From Octopus sinensis (Eukaryota): a stretch of DNA of 64,000 bases. Positions 20,401 to 35,400 of this stretch are shown in pieces (within the stretch, counting starts at the first letter, position 1; each line of letters begins with the position of its first letter). The position numbers and the translations under genes are program-made. The DNA is taken from assembly GCF_006345805.1 (NCBI RefSeq), contig NC_043002.1:46128001-46192000 (forward strand), read 5' to 3'. The notes below the pieces were generated by a model, which was given only the letters and a program-made list of their open reading frames with translations, was not told the origin of the DNA and ran no database searches.

Positions 20401-23400
20401 TAAAAGGGGAAGAAAATGCCTATAGTACAGGAAATGTTAGCAATATGCTACATGTAACCAAGCCATTAGTGGTAATGTTTAAAACAATCAAAACGAAAGC
20501 TTTGGCTGACATTGATGTTTATAGGACTGAATTAACAACAGTAGAAAGTAAATTTATGCCTAAATTTTTGCCTTTCTACCATGAAGGCGATATTACAACA
20601 CCAAAGATTCTAATAATCAGAACAATATCTAAAAGTGTGGTTCCATCTCAGAGCAAAAAAGTTGCTGAACCATCATTGTCAATTATCCAAGTAACATTTG
20701 GAACATCAAGTTACGATAGTATGAGTCAAACTAAGTCTCCATTAGTTTACTTAAACAAGTCTATACAGACCATCACAACATATTTAGGTATAAATATCAG
20801 AAAGACTTTGATAACCACTCAGATAAATGAATTTGTATGGCCATCAACATCTAAAGTAATCCTGGACTCACAGATATTCAGAACACCATTGACAGAAATT
20901 GTAACAGAGACTACTGAAACATCAAAAATGCTAATAGCCAGTAACACGACTCATTTATTAACCAAAGCTATACCTGAATTTTTGTTAAAGCACAATACAG
21001 AGATCAAAACAACATATTTAATTGGTGATTTAGTAAATATAACTGAATTACCCACCAAATTCATGTGGGATGTATTACTATACAACATAGGGTCACCTAA
21101 AATGATTCAGTCACATAGACCAAGACATATTTATCAAATGTCAAATACAAGCAATGAAACACTAATTCTAGTCCCAACCGTTGCTAATGAAAGGTTCATA
21201 AGAAAATCTCTAGATTTTGTTCAGAATACAAGTTTATCTTTTCATATTACAGAATCTTTTACTTTAGAATCTATTACAAAGAAATCCGTAACAGAAAGTA
21301 CAATCGTTGCCCAAAAGAAATCGTTAAAAACTACCTTGGACTTAGCTGATAAATCAATCACAACTGAAAGAGTGATTTTTAGCATAACAATGCATATCAC
21401 CCCCGACATTTCTCTTATTTCGGTGACTTCTGTAATGAAACCACTTAGCAGTCAATATGTCTTGGAAAAATCATTTGTGTCAAAATATAGATGGGAGCAA
21501 TCTTACATCTATAAGGTAGACAAAACAACCCTTCATTTACAGTACTTCCAACCCTTTACAAATATATCATCAAAACTAACTCTTTTGAGCACACCCAAGA
21601 TGGAGTATGATTCCAGTCCACAACTAAACTTATCAGATGTTAAAATTCAGATTACAACTTTACCTTTTATTCCAACACAGAAAACACTCACACCTTACAT
21701 TGATTATGATACCAAGCTTTTTAACTCTACATTTCTCCTGCAGCCTATAAAAACTAAAACTAAGATAGATCTTAAACATCTTTTCTCAAATCGAACATCT
21801 ATGACAGACTTGGTTAGTTTAGTCCCTTCAAAGATGTCAATTCTAAATACATCAATAGATTCCTGGCAGAAAGGCATTTCTATGACTGTTATGCCAAAAC
21901 TAAACTTTTCTTCATTAGTTTCACCAAAAACTTATTTTAAGCAAGTAACAAAAAGAATGAGGAGAATACCATATGTGTCAGTAACAACTGTTACAAATAG
22001 AACTAGCTCTGAACAAATGGCTTCTGTGTTAGAAATGCAGACTCCAATGAAAATATGGACATTAAGGGAAGTAACAAGACAATGGCAAAGAACTGCAAGT
22101 TTCTCTGAAATGTATGGGTTAAATTTATATCTTTATACTACAAAAGTAAGTCAGACTTCTCCTCATGGATTTTCAGTTTCTCTTACTCCTCTCAAGTTAT
22201 TTCCTATTACCTCTCTATCCAATACTCCTCTCCCAACAATCATTACTCTATCTCTCGTCACTGCTACTGCCTCATATATAGTTACATTTGAACTGAAATT
22301 AAAGCAAAGAGAAAAGACCTCAAGTTTGCCAATAATCCAATCGACCACTGACGTTACATTTTATAATCAACCCATCTCAAAAACAGAAAAAACATTAACA
22401 AGTGTGAAACCAACTTACAGTGAATCCTATGATATAGTATCCTACTTCAGTAATGTTAAATTGATTCCGTTCTTTTATGTGGGAGACATCATGTCAACAA
22501 ATATGCTGTCAATTCAGCTAAGTAATAGAACTGATAGTAGACTTCCAAAATTAAACTTTACATCAGACAAAGAAACAACATCTACAACTATGGAATTTAT
22601 TGAAACAATTATAGACCCAAGTGATGAAAAGGTTTTAAAAATTTCATCTTCAACACCTATTAAATTGATCATATCAAGACAAACTTTTCTGACTAATCCT
22701 AGTCAACTTTCCATTACACCCATAACTGATTCTAGCTTTTATTACAGATCATTCCAACCTTCAACTATAACATCTTTGCACCAAATCACAATGACAACTG
22801 ACTTCATGAATGCTTCTATAACAGCATTTTCTCACTGGACAAATGAACAGAAATTAGGAAAAGCTTTTATATCTACATATATGTATAAATTAGAAGAAAA
22901 ATCTACTTCAAAAAGTCTGCATTTTGTGTTTCCAGTTGGTAAAGAAGTAACTACTGTTTTATCAGGATTTAGTTTTGATGACAGGTTAATAAATAAGACA
23001 AACAATATTTCACACATAAAATATTTATTTTCAAAACCTGAGATAGTTGATAATAATCTACTATATACACCATCATTTCAAAAGTTATTAGAAAATAGAA
23101 CATTATTGGTAACAGTCATGCAAGAAATATCTGTAGTTAGTCAACCAAGGGTGTTTTCTCCTCAAGAAACATCTAAAGGATTTCTGTTTGCTGTATCATC
23201 ATCTCAAAATCTATCAGAAAGCACCAAGCTCTTCACTAAACCACAAATTCTTGAAACGCCTGAAGATATTCTGTTGACCGCAACTTCATTTCAACAGGTA
23301 TCAGAAGGCATTAGCATACAAATGAGATCATCGTTCATTGAAACATCTGAAGATATCTTGTTCACAACAGATCTATCCCAGGGGATATCAGAAAGAACCA

Positions 23401-26400
23401 GCCTACTAGTTGAAACACCTTCTCAAAAAATGGATAAAGATATTTTAGTAACAATATACCCAATTCAAACAATACTTGAGGAAAGAACAATCTATTCTGA
23501 AACTAGGCATTTACTCCAGACACATCAACTTTCATTTGATGTTACAACCAAGCAAGTACTAGAAGAAAATCTTGACTCTATTTCATCAAAACCATATAGT
23601 TATGGAAAATATGTAATGCCAGCCTGGATGCATTTTACCACCACATCAGCTTGGAAATTGGGAGAGGTTTCAAAACTGAAAAACCAAACTGACAAACCAG
23701 TCACCAGTGATTTATTCAGAGTAACCAGAAGTTACTTTATCAAAGAAGGACAGTCTATTACAGATGATACTGAAACTGAATGGTATAAATTGTTAGAAGT
23801 TTCTACACAAAAACTAATTTACAAATTACCAAAAACTAAAAAAACAACTCAATTGTTGATTTCATTTATAGCTTATTCTAACACCTATTTTGACAGTATG
23901 ATTACTTTTATTACAACTCAAACTACAGTTTCATCAAAAGTATTTTCTTCAATTGAAGAAAGTGAGTTAAAAATCAAATCAGTATCACATCACACGGTTA
24001 CACAATCATTTCAAAAGTTTGATTATGGTTTAATATCTAAAGATCACAGGCATAAAGTAAATACAATATTTATATTAGATTATTATGATTTTTCGACAAG
24101 CCAATACTTTACAACAGATTCCTCTGATAATTTACCATTTAAAACAGTTCAATATTTTAAAGAGTCAAGCAGTGAAGTTTCGTTCTTACCACACTTACTT
24201 TATAATATAACTTCTTTGTTATCTAGATATCCTAATCAAACTAGTGTTTCTCTTTCATTTGCCCAATTGATCACAAGTACTGATGCTACTTTTGTGTTTA
24301 GTCAAACCTCTAAAATAAAAGTAATAGGTTCAACTACTGAAACTAATGCTAGTCAAATTAGTAAACTTCCTTTCAGTACATTAGTTTCTTCAAAACCAAG
24401 TGCTATTACTACTGAAAGTACAAGCAACTATTTATTAATCAAACCAATATTTAGTGTAGAACCAAAATATCCAAATTTAACAATCAAGTATGAAACAAGT
24501 AGAAATGTATCTGAAACTTTTGCTGACATTAATGAAAGAAGTATTTTGACAACAGATGTACAATTCCTGACATTTCCTGAAACCAAAGTGGTAAAGAGAA
24601 CAAGTACTGATTATGTAATTTGGTCTTTAGATGATACTTCTGAGAAAGTCACACACTATACTTACAAGGAAATAACTAGCTTCCATAAAACAGGGAAAAC
24701 ATTTTATATTTTAGACAAAATTTATTCAGAATCATTACTTCAAACCTCTTCTGAAGTAATTGGTTACATTTTGGTAACAAGCCAAGCATTTCAAGAATCG
24801 TCTTTGTTTAGAGAAAGTTTTCAAAGAGAAATAAAATTCACTCAAAAGTCAGATTTTATTACGCAGGTTCAATTGGAGTCAATTTCAGCTACTGTGCCTT
24901 TCAGCCATAAGGATTATTTTGCCTTACTTCCATCTGGCTCAAGAGCAAAAACTTATACTGAGGAAATTTACACATATAGACTTAATTTGGAGGACACTTC
25001 AATTTCAAAAAGGCCTCAACAATTATTATCCACTAAAATTAAAACAAGTAAATTTCCTTTAAGTAGTTTTACTATAATGCTTGATGCATTTGAAGATAAA
25101 AGAGACCACACTATTTCACCTCATATTTTCATGTCAACTTTACCTTTAGTGGTCACTTTAGATTATAGCAAAGATGATGCTTTTGCAAAACTGAAAAGGC
25201 TTTCTCAAGTCCCAAGTTTATCAAATATTACTAAATTGATTGTAACTAAAGGAAGACAAGGATTTTTATCAGAACTTGATAAAATAAGCATTAGCACAGG
25301 CTCAGAGCAAACTACTGTAGTAGCAGAAATAGAAGTTGATTATGAAACACATGAAAAAAATGTTTCAATATACCAAAAAGATTCTGAAATATTTACATTC
25401 ACAAGCAAAATAAAGACTAGAGTAGTCAATGAAAGTAGCATAAAGAGTGACATTTTAACTGAATCAACACCTAGAAGCATCATAAGACATTCTTTAGAAC
25501 ATAAACTAGCTTTAGAAGAAATACCAAGTTATACAACAATTCGAAATGTAACTGACATAATAACGGTATTGCAAGTTACAGGCATTGTTACTCAATTTGA
25601 AATATCAACATTAGCAACCCCATTGTATAGACCCAAGGTAGCTTTTGTAAGTGATGCCAAATCAGCAACTGAGTCTTTCTTTATTACATCAATAATCTTT
25701 TTCACATCAACAGAAAGCATGTTACTAGATGTTGCTTCAAGTTCTAAAGCATTAATGCATGAACAGAAATTACTTCAAAATAAAGGTTTGCAAAGCAAAT
25801 ATCATACTACATATTCAGCAAAAGGATTTGCAGATTTCATATCAACTTTGCAGGGAAATCTTACATCCATGCTTACAGATTCAGTACAATTACCTGCTAT
25901 TGTAATTGGATTGTATTCAACAGATATGAAGACATTAATTTTTATTAACACTACTTCAAACACTACCGAATATGTTACCAGGACCTCCAGAACAACCATT
26001 GATGAACAAAGTGATAGTAAAATAATAAAGTATACTGCTACACCAGTTGAATTAGATAAACGTAAATTAATATATTTGAAAGAAGCCATAGAGCAGAAAT
26101 CTACCCCTGTGATCTTTACATCAATATCTATGAAAATATATACATTATCTAAAATTATTTCAGAGGAAGTAACTCAAATAACATTCATCACTCTATCTAC
26201 ATACCCTGAAATGATAACAGAAACTTTCTTCACAAATATATATGATGTCAGACATATTTTGAAAAACACTACAAGGAAAACAGTTTCCCATATATTGAAA
26301 AAATCACTTCATACAAAAATTACTTCAGCTGGTCCAATAGATAGTTTGAATAAATCTGTAATGCTATCAAGGGATTTAAGCACAACTTTTTTTGTTAAGA

Positions 26401-29400
26401 TTGAAACCATAACCTTTCCTACAAAGGAATTCAGTATTTCTCCTCAGTACCCTGGTTTGCAAGAAGATATAAGTACCTATGTGCCTAGTCCTGTTGTTGC
26501 AATATCTACTGAAAATATTTTGATAACAAGTAAAATGAAACCTTTAATATATCTAAATGAGTCAGATACGAAATATTTTTCAAAACACAACATTAGTTTT
26601 AAACCTAAAGAACAAGTAATCAGCACTGAACTTGGTTTCACAATGATTATCAAAAACACTACTGGTGATATGATAATTACAAAAAGAGCAAAAAAGATAA
26701 GCAAGAAATTTAGTGAGCTGGAACCAACTTTAAGAACAGTCATTCCAGCAGATATGATATATACTAATCAAACAAATTTAACCATCCCTCAAAGTGCTAC
26801 AACTGATTTGGAGTTTTCTTTGGAAACATTTGCTGTTGTCAAAGATATAATAAAATCAACAACTAAGGAAGACATAATAACCACTCTAGCATTCATTAAT
26901 CAAATTTCAGAAGAAACTATTTCTGAGAAGCCAGCAATAAGTGTTTCAAATATAGCTTTCTTGAAAGAAGCAATTACATCCAGAGCTTATGAAGATAATG
27001 TTACTGGCATAGAATATATATGGCAATTTGGAATTAGGTATTTTACAAGCTTACCTTATTCTAAAACTGACTACTTTAATATAACATACACCCAAGAAAA
27101 AATGTCTGGATTATATATAACAACAACAACAACAACTACACCAGTATTTATCATTAAAAATATTTCTATTTCAAAATATTATATTCAACAAGAAGAATCA
27201 TTTTTGACAACCACAATAATGTTACCTATTTTGATGAAATCTCATGATGAAGAAACTGAAAAGAGTAGCAAAGATATTTCTGAAATGCAAACAACACTTT
27301 CTGATAGCAGAATCCTCATAGATGCACCTGCTGGAAGCCTGTACATAGATGCTGATGTGTATACGACTGAAGTAATCAGTAAACCAATTACTCATGGTTA
27401 TATATATATGACACATAATATTTCAAGTAGTGTGTTAACAAAGCTAGATGTTATACCACATTTAAGCAAGAGAGTAAGCATGCTTATTACTAATTTTTAT
27501 GATGACATTCATCAACAGTCTATTCAGAGTTCAAATGTAACCAGTAAGAAAAAAATCATTGAAGAATCATCCAAGATTTTGCCAAAGCAATCTGCAAGAC
27601 ATACTGGATTTTACTCTACTATCTTTAGCAAACAATTCTCTACTCTGATATTTTCGTCATATCATTTTGATATAGTTACCACTACCAGCATTAAAAGGAA
27701 ATATTTTGTGGGATATACTGTAAGTCCATTTAAATTAGATGACAGCTATTCAACTGTGAAAAGTAGCTATTTCCTATCGTGGAAAGATGTTCAGGCAACA
27801 GTTAGGTTAGCTATATCAAATATTACTGCTAATATTAGTGACACATCAAGTGAAAAGGCTGAAATAATAATACATGGATTAAGATCTGGCACAGTTTTTC
27901 CTCTAGAAAAATTAACTAAGAAGCCTGTCTTTTATACAAGTTACAAGAATGATTCTCAATTAAGTAAAATCATGGACACTATGCTACAAGATACAATTAC
28001 TGAAATTATAACACCAAGTATTATTTTGAGGAAAATATATACAGAAATATTGTCATTTAAGAAACAAATTACTGGAAGTCCATTAATATACTTTTATAGA
28101 CAAGATGTTGACAGTTATGACCAAATAATAAGTACACAAGAGGTAATAATTGACAGATTTCAAACTAAATTTGCCACACCTAAAACTGAGCCTCAGCTTA
28201 GTCTTGTTGCTATAAAGAGTACATGCTGTGGCTTATATGAAGTCATATATCCTAAGAGCAAAGATGTAACAATACCAAATATATCCTTTAACATATCTTT
28301 TGCTACTTTGCTTTTTAACCAAAGCATTTATATGTTGGGTAGTTACACAGCAGCTATTTTTGATAAAGTAACTATAATTCCATACTCTAAAGATATTACA
28401 GAAACAACTAAGAATACATGGGGTATAGTTCATATACTTCATATACCATTAACAACTGATATGGTATTTGGTATCAACATTACAAATGTATCTGACATTG
28501 GCATTTATGGAAGCAATGATACAATACAAACATTGCAAAAACCAGCAGAAGCATCAATTGACATTATTGATACTACTGATAATGTGGTTAAATATTTTAA
28601 GGAAACAGAGATATCCAAAATAATTATAGCCACATCCCAAATAAAAACTGATATCAGAATGAAAACTACTGAAGCTGATAAAATGGCTTCATCTACAGAA
28701 AGCAGTGAAATATCAATGTTGTATTTAAAAGCAAAGACCAAATTAATTTCTACTTTTCATACATTAAAAGATTCACCTGGAGTATCATATAAAACAAGCC
28801 TTGAAGTAATTTCAAAGAAAAATGATACAGAAACAGTAACGACAACATATTTTATTGTTTCTCATATGGAAGATAAAAACTATAGTAATCTGATGGTACT
28901 TGGTATGACACCAATTTTAGAAAGTAGAATCATTCTTAAAAACAAAACAGAAATAATGCTAAGTTCATTCCTTGAAACACTAGAAACCTCCTTATTGTAT
29001 TCTGAATCACCTGAAATATCAACTGATCATTTTAAATCACGAGAAAAATTCTTATTCTCTACTTTTGAAAAAAAAGTGATACCTGTTACCCACAGAACCA
29101 CCACCACAAGAATCCATGTAGATAAATTACCATTAATAGAAACTATCTTTCTGAGCTTGCAAACAGTTAGTATCAGAAAAAAGTACACTGTTTCAATACC
29201 AGTCATCACTTCCACAAGAAGTTTTAAAAAAACATCTCAAAAGGAACATAAAAAGGATGGGCTGAGTTATCCATTTAAACTTAAATCAGAGACAGTGAAG
29301 GATACCTATACAAAGGTAACAGATAAGACAACAACGCCAAACCAAACCATGGAACAAATTGACCTAAAGGATATTCTGCATTTAAATACAGAACAAAACA

Positions 29401-32400
29401 TGTTTGATTCCTTATTAATAAACACTCTACTTATACCAACACTTGTCATTGCAAAAGAAAATACTTCTTCCTTCCAGAATCAGACACAGAAAGATTCTGG
29501 GTTTCATGATCCTTTTATGCCATTCACTACAAGAGAAACTTGTAAATATACAAGAAAAGGGTTAATATCTACTTTACATCAAGCAATTGTATCAAGAAAA
29601 CAATCTTATAGAAGTTTCCTTCAAAGTAAAACAGAGCTGTATACATTGTCAACAGAATTTACACCCTCTGTTTTACAATTTACATCTAAAATAACAGAAG
29701 AGGAGTATTTTAAAGAACAGCGTGTTATTACAGTACCACATACTATCACAACAGTATCATATATAACTACTAAACTGCCGCACACTACAGTGAATCCATA
29801 TATTACTTTTACTGCAGCAAACATTATCCATATAGAATCATATACAACCACCACATCTTATACTACCGTTGAGATTTTACACTCAACCACCACAATTCTA
29901 CAGACTCCCACTCCAGTTCCATATACAACCACTACAATTCCTAATGATACATTTATATTGCCACTTGGAATCAGTATTTTATCAAATTCTACAAGTGACT
30001 CAACATATACTACAGCTATACTACAAAAACACGATTCTATATTATCACGTATTCTCAATGAAACAGCATATACAACCGCTGAGAGTATAAATAGCACAAT
30101 AACTCCATATATCAGAACTGAAATAATTGACAAGACAATTTTAATATTGCATAACATAACTGTAACACCACTTAACACAACCGTAGCACCATATAACATA
30201 ACTGTGACAGCACATAAAATAACTGTAACACCACTTAATACAACTGTTATACCACATGACACATCTACGACACATAACATAACAACAGTCTCGCATAACA
30301 CAACTGTTACACCAGATTACAAGACTATAACACCACTTAACACGACTGTAACATCACTTAACACAACTGTAACACCACATAACACAACTGTAACACCACA
30401 TAACACAACTGTGACACATAACATAACTGTAACCCAATATAACATAACTGTTACATCACATTACATAACTATAACACTATTTAGCACAACTGTAACATCA
30501 CTTAACACAACTGTAAAACGACATTACATAACTATAACACCACATGACATATCTGTAACACCACTTACCACAACTGTAACACCACATTCCATAACTGTAA
30601 CACCACTGACTATAACAGTAACTCCACTTAGCATAACTGCAACATCACTTAAAACAACTTCAACACCACACAACACAACTGTGGCACCACGTAACACAAC
30701 TGTAACTCCACTTAAAACAACTGTAACATTACACGACACAACTGTAATGCTGCTATTCACAACAGTTACACCACATAACACAACTGATATAACCTTATCC
30801 CCGAATGGCACAATTGCATCTCTACATAAAGCAAGTGCTGCATCACATAAAACATCTCCAAGTCAATATGCTACATCTATAACTCAATATATACACCATG
30901 TAGGAGCAGATACAACATACTATACCTCTACTACAGATAAAATTACTGCAGTCTTACAGAAACCTGATGTAATTTTGCACAGAACTTTTACAACATTGCA
31001 TTCAATTGATTCCACAATCTATACAATGATTTCAAGACGACAAAACATAACTGCAACATTGCAAACAACTACATTAGAAATACAGACAGAGAGTACAGTC
31101 CCACTTAGTTCATTAGCTAATATAACTTCAACTGGACATAGTAAAAATGAATCAGTGCACTCAGTTGCTGCAGTTCAATATATGATGAGTAGAATTTCAA
31201 AAAACATCAGTACAGCACTGTGGGCAACAAATGTAGTACTAGATACTAGTATTGTTACATCACTAAACACAACTACAACACTATTTACTCCTTTGGTGTC
31301 CTTGGATACAAAACCTTCACTTCATTATAGAGTTACTGTACCAACATATTCTGTGACTACATTTTCCAGATTCATAAAAGTACTTGAGATTACTGCATAT
31401 AAAAGCAGTTCAATTGTATCTGTACATTTAATTACTGCAACATCATATGTGCAGACTGCACCTCAACAAACTACAACTGATAATATGCTACATATATTAA
31501 CTGCTGATACATATACTGTTACCAAAGTACAGAGATCAACGCTACATACTACTATTGTAGTAATGTACATACTATCTTCTCCACATTCTACTGATGATGT
31601 ATTGGATGCATTGACTATACCTCAGCATACTACTTCTCCTACTGATACACTTTATATACTGAATGTTACTCCATATACTATGGTTAAAATGCTAGATGCA
31701 TCTCTATACAAGTCAACTACAATACTAGATACTACTCCAGCACTACATCAGCCAGTCTCTGTAATATTACACCTAACCAAGGTAACATTATTTAACAGAA
31801 CAACATTACAAACGATCATTGCATATCCAGAGAGTAAAACACTGTACAACACAACTGTGACTTCAAGTACAAATATCACAGTTCAAGACACAATCAGTTC
31901 AACACAGTATAGAATGAGTATAGCTTTACATACAACAAATCTTACATTACACATAGGTACAGAAATACTAAATTCAACAACTACAACTTTACAACCTACA
32001 CAAATAGAAAGAGCAACCACTGAAACTCTAGATGCAACAACTGTAACCAGCGATAGTAGTGCCACTATAACATCATATGGCACTATGTCTGTAATACCAA
32101 ATACAACAAATGTAACGATCTTTACAAAAGAGGTAACACTTCATAAAATAACAGCAGGCAGTTTAAAAGCAATCATAAAGTTCTTAGCAACGGGTCCAGT
32201 TTCACTTGAAACAACTTTTGGCTTGAATTTGGAGCAAACTATAGTTCCTGACGGCTTTTATGATGATCAAACAAGTATGTTAACAACTGCTAAAGCTGAA
32301 TCCAGTTCTTATATTTCTGTCCTAATTTATGACTCTGATATTGAAAAGTTAAGAACAGTTATGAGGAAAGGATTTACAAGTATATCAACTGTTGAAATGG

Positions 32401-35400
32401 ATTATTTAGTTGTGTCGGCAAGTGACATAATGTATACAGATAAATTGAAAACCTTAATTCAGAATAATATAACAGATAAATTCACCTTAACAACATGCAG
32501 CCATAGGAAGACAAATACAACTTTCAAACTAGCCACCATTAAAATGACTGATTCTTTTGACTTTAAACAGCAAAAAGACATCTTAATAACACCAAGTAGA
32601 AAATTGGGTTTTGTATCTCCAAAACAAAAGATACATCTGACTGTATTGCAAGAGCAAATGATGTCAAAGTTGACAGTTGCCAAAAATGAAACAGAATTTT
32701 ATACAAGTAAACTTCTGTATGTAACTACATTCTCTTCTACGCAAAAAGAAAAAGAAATTTCAGAAAAATATAGGGAAATTAAAACTGGAACCAAACAAGA
32801 AACAGAATTTCATGTATCTGAGATTTTCTCAACACCTTTTAAAAGAAAGAAAATTGAGATAGTATCTGTGATACCAACATTAAAATTACAAACAAGTAAA
32901 CATTTTATGACATCTTATTTCAAACCAATGTTTTCTAAATTACAGACTTTCCAAACATCTAGTAAGCAAGAGACTGAACATTCAACAACAAAATTCTCTA
33001 TCACTTATATATCCACAATCCCACCTGAATTAAATAAGACGTCACTATCAGCTTCTTGCTACACTAACCATTCAGTAACAATTCTGACAGATGAATTAAA
33101 AAGAACTTTAGCAACAAAATTTCAGATTTCCTCTTTACCTGCAACAAAATCAGCAGTTTTCACAGCTTTAGCATCAGATATTGTTACTGATAGTTTTAGT
33201 TTGGAAAGAAAAAAGTCAAGAACTGTAAAGGGCCAGTTTCAGGTAATACCAACACTTCAACAAAATTATACATTCACTAATTATATTTTCTTAAAGGAAA
33301 GAATAACATTGCCTGTACTACAATCAACAGAAGAAGAAAAACGTCATTCAGAAGCAAGATCCAGCTCTTTCAGCAAAGATTTAGAAACATTTCAATTGAA
33401 GTCATCATTTGCTTCGGCAAGACTTGAAGCAATAACTATGAAAACATCAACTGCATTTGAAACAAAATATTTTTCTATTTATCCAGAAAAAGGCTATGGT
33501 ATAACCTCATTACTGCTCAAGGATTTAGATGGTCATTCATATATTGATAAGGGATACTCCATGGTAATATATAATTATACTAACTGGACAGACGCCATGC
33601 CATTATCTAAAATAATTGTTATATCATCCAATCAAGTGATGACTTATACAGACAAAGAAAAACTAATACATCCATCTTTCACATTTAAAGAAGTTACAGA
33701 CTTGTCACAAGTGGAATATAAATTAACAACAAACACTATTCCTAGTCAAGAAAAGCAACAAATGGATGAACTTGGTAGTGTTTCCTCAAGAATCTCAGAC
33801 ATGGTCATTTCTAGTAGTAGAATGAAGACATTACTACATTTACATTCCAAAATATCAGTAATAACTCCTTTATATGACTCTTACATTACTAAAACAAATA
33901 CAATAACCTCTTCCTTAGAGAATAAAACAAGATATATTACCTGGAGTATTAATGGAACTTCATTATATTTCGATGATGGATTAACTATACAGTCTATTGA
34001 AAGTAAAATTATACCTCTATCAAATGCTACAACATATCCAGAAGATGAAATGAAAGTATATATTGCTTCAATTCTACCTGAATTATCATCATCTTTTTAT
34101 GTAGCAACTTTTACAACTATATTGAAATATGTTTATATATTTCCTACATCTACTCCATACTTTGAAGATGAAACAAATGAAACAATGTTACTGAGAAATA
34201 AAACTTTCTATTGGATAATGGATAATTTAAAGTTGTTTACCACCACATTTTATCAAACAACAACAATAACCCATACACCCATTTTAGAGAGTAAATATAT
34301 AATAAATGCTTCTTTACCTCTGAGCAGGTATGCTTTCAGAACATCAAAAAGTGAATTTATATCAGACAAAAGCCAAATAATTTCATTTACTCAAAGAAGT
34401 ATTAACATACGTTTTTCTACAGTTGAACAGAAAAGACAAGAAACATTTGATTACAATGAAACAAGCATTGACTCTCTACTGATTTTACCAAAACTATCAC
34501 TTCATTTATTTGTAACATTTAGACCAGATTATTTCAATGAAAGTGGGAGCAAATTTCCAACAGACACAGATAAAACTTTACATTCTTATTCAAAGAAAAC
34601 ATTTCTCAGAAGTTCTGAACCATCTACTTTTTCTGAGATGTCACAGACTGAATTAATATCTGTTAAACAAGAACATTCCACTCAAGTGATAAAAAGTGAA
34701 ACACCATTTTTGATTGAAGAAACTTATATATACACTGGTTTTAAATATGTAACAGGGAAATTGATAATGATCAAGTTAGATGCTACTGCAAAAGATGAAA
34801 CATCTTTGATAATAATTCAGGAAAAGACAAGTATCATTCCTATAGCTTATATTGAATCTCAAGTCACAGGAAGTGTAATTTTGCAATTCAGTCAAGTGAC
34901 AGATTCAATAATTACTTTGAAAATAAAACCTGAAATTACACAGGGTATAAAACTTCATTCCATAAAAGGACCATTTGAACCTACCATGAAAAGTACTTTA
35001 CTAATGTGGAGTACTAAGGAAGAGGTAGAACATGTTGATATATTGGCAACAACAACTAAATCCCCAATATATGTTAAAGAAAAGACAAGCATCATTTCAA
35101 AGGAGAGTGATTCAATAATTGTAATACTATATACAGTTGAAGACAGCACTAAAGTGCTATCAATTACTAGTACTTCTAGCTCAGTATTTGGAAATATTAC
35201 AAAAACATTTGAAATAGAAAATGTGACACACACATCAAAATTTCCTTTGTTAAAGCTAAGTTTAAAAGATGATATTTTAAGTAAATATTCTACAAAAAGT
35301 ACTGAAATAAGTAGAGAAATTACATCAGAAATGAAGAGCTTGTATTCAATGTTTCACCTAAAACAAAGTATTTCAGAAGAGACGTATTTAACTAATGAGA

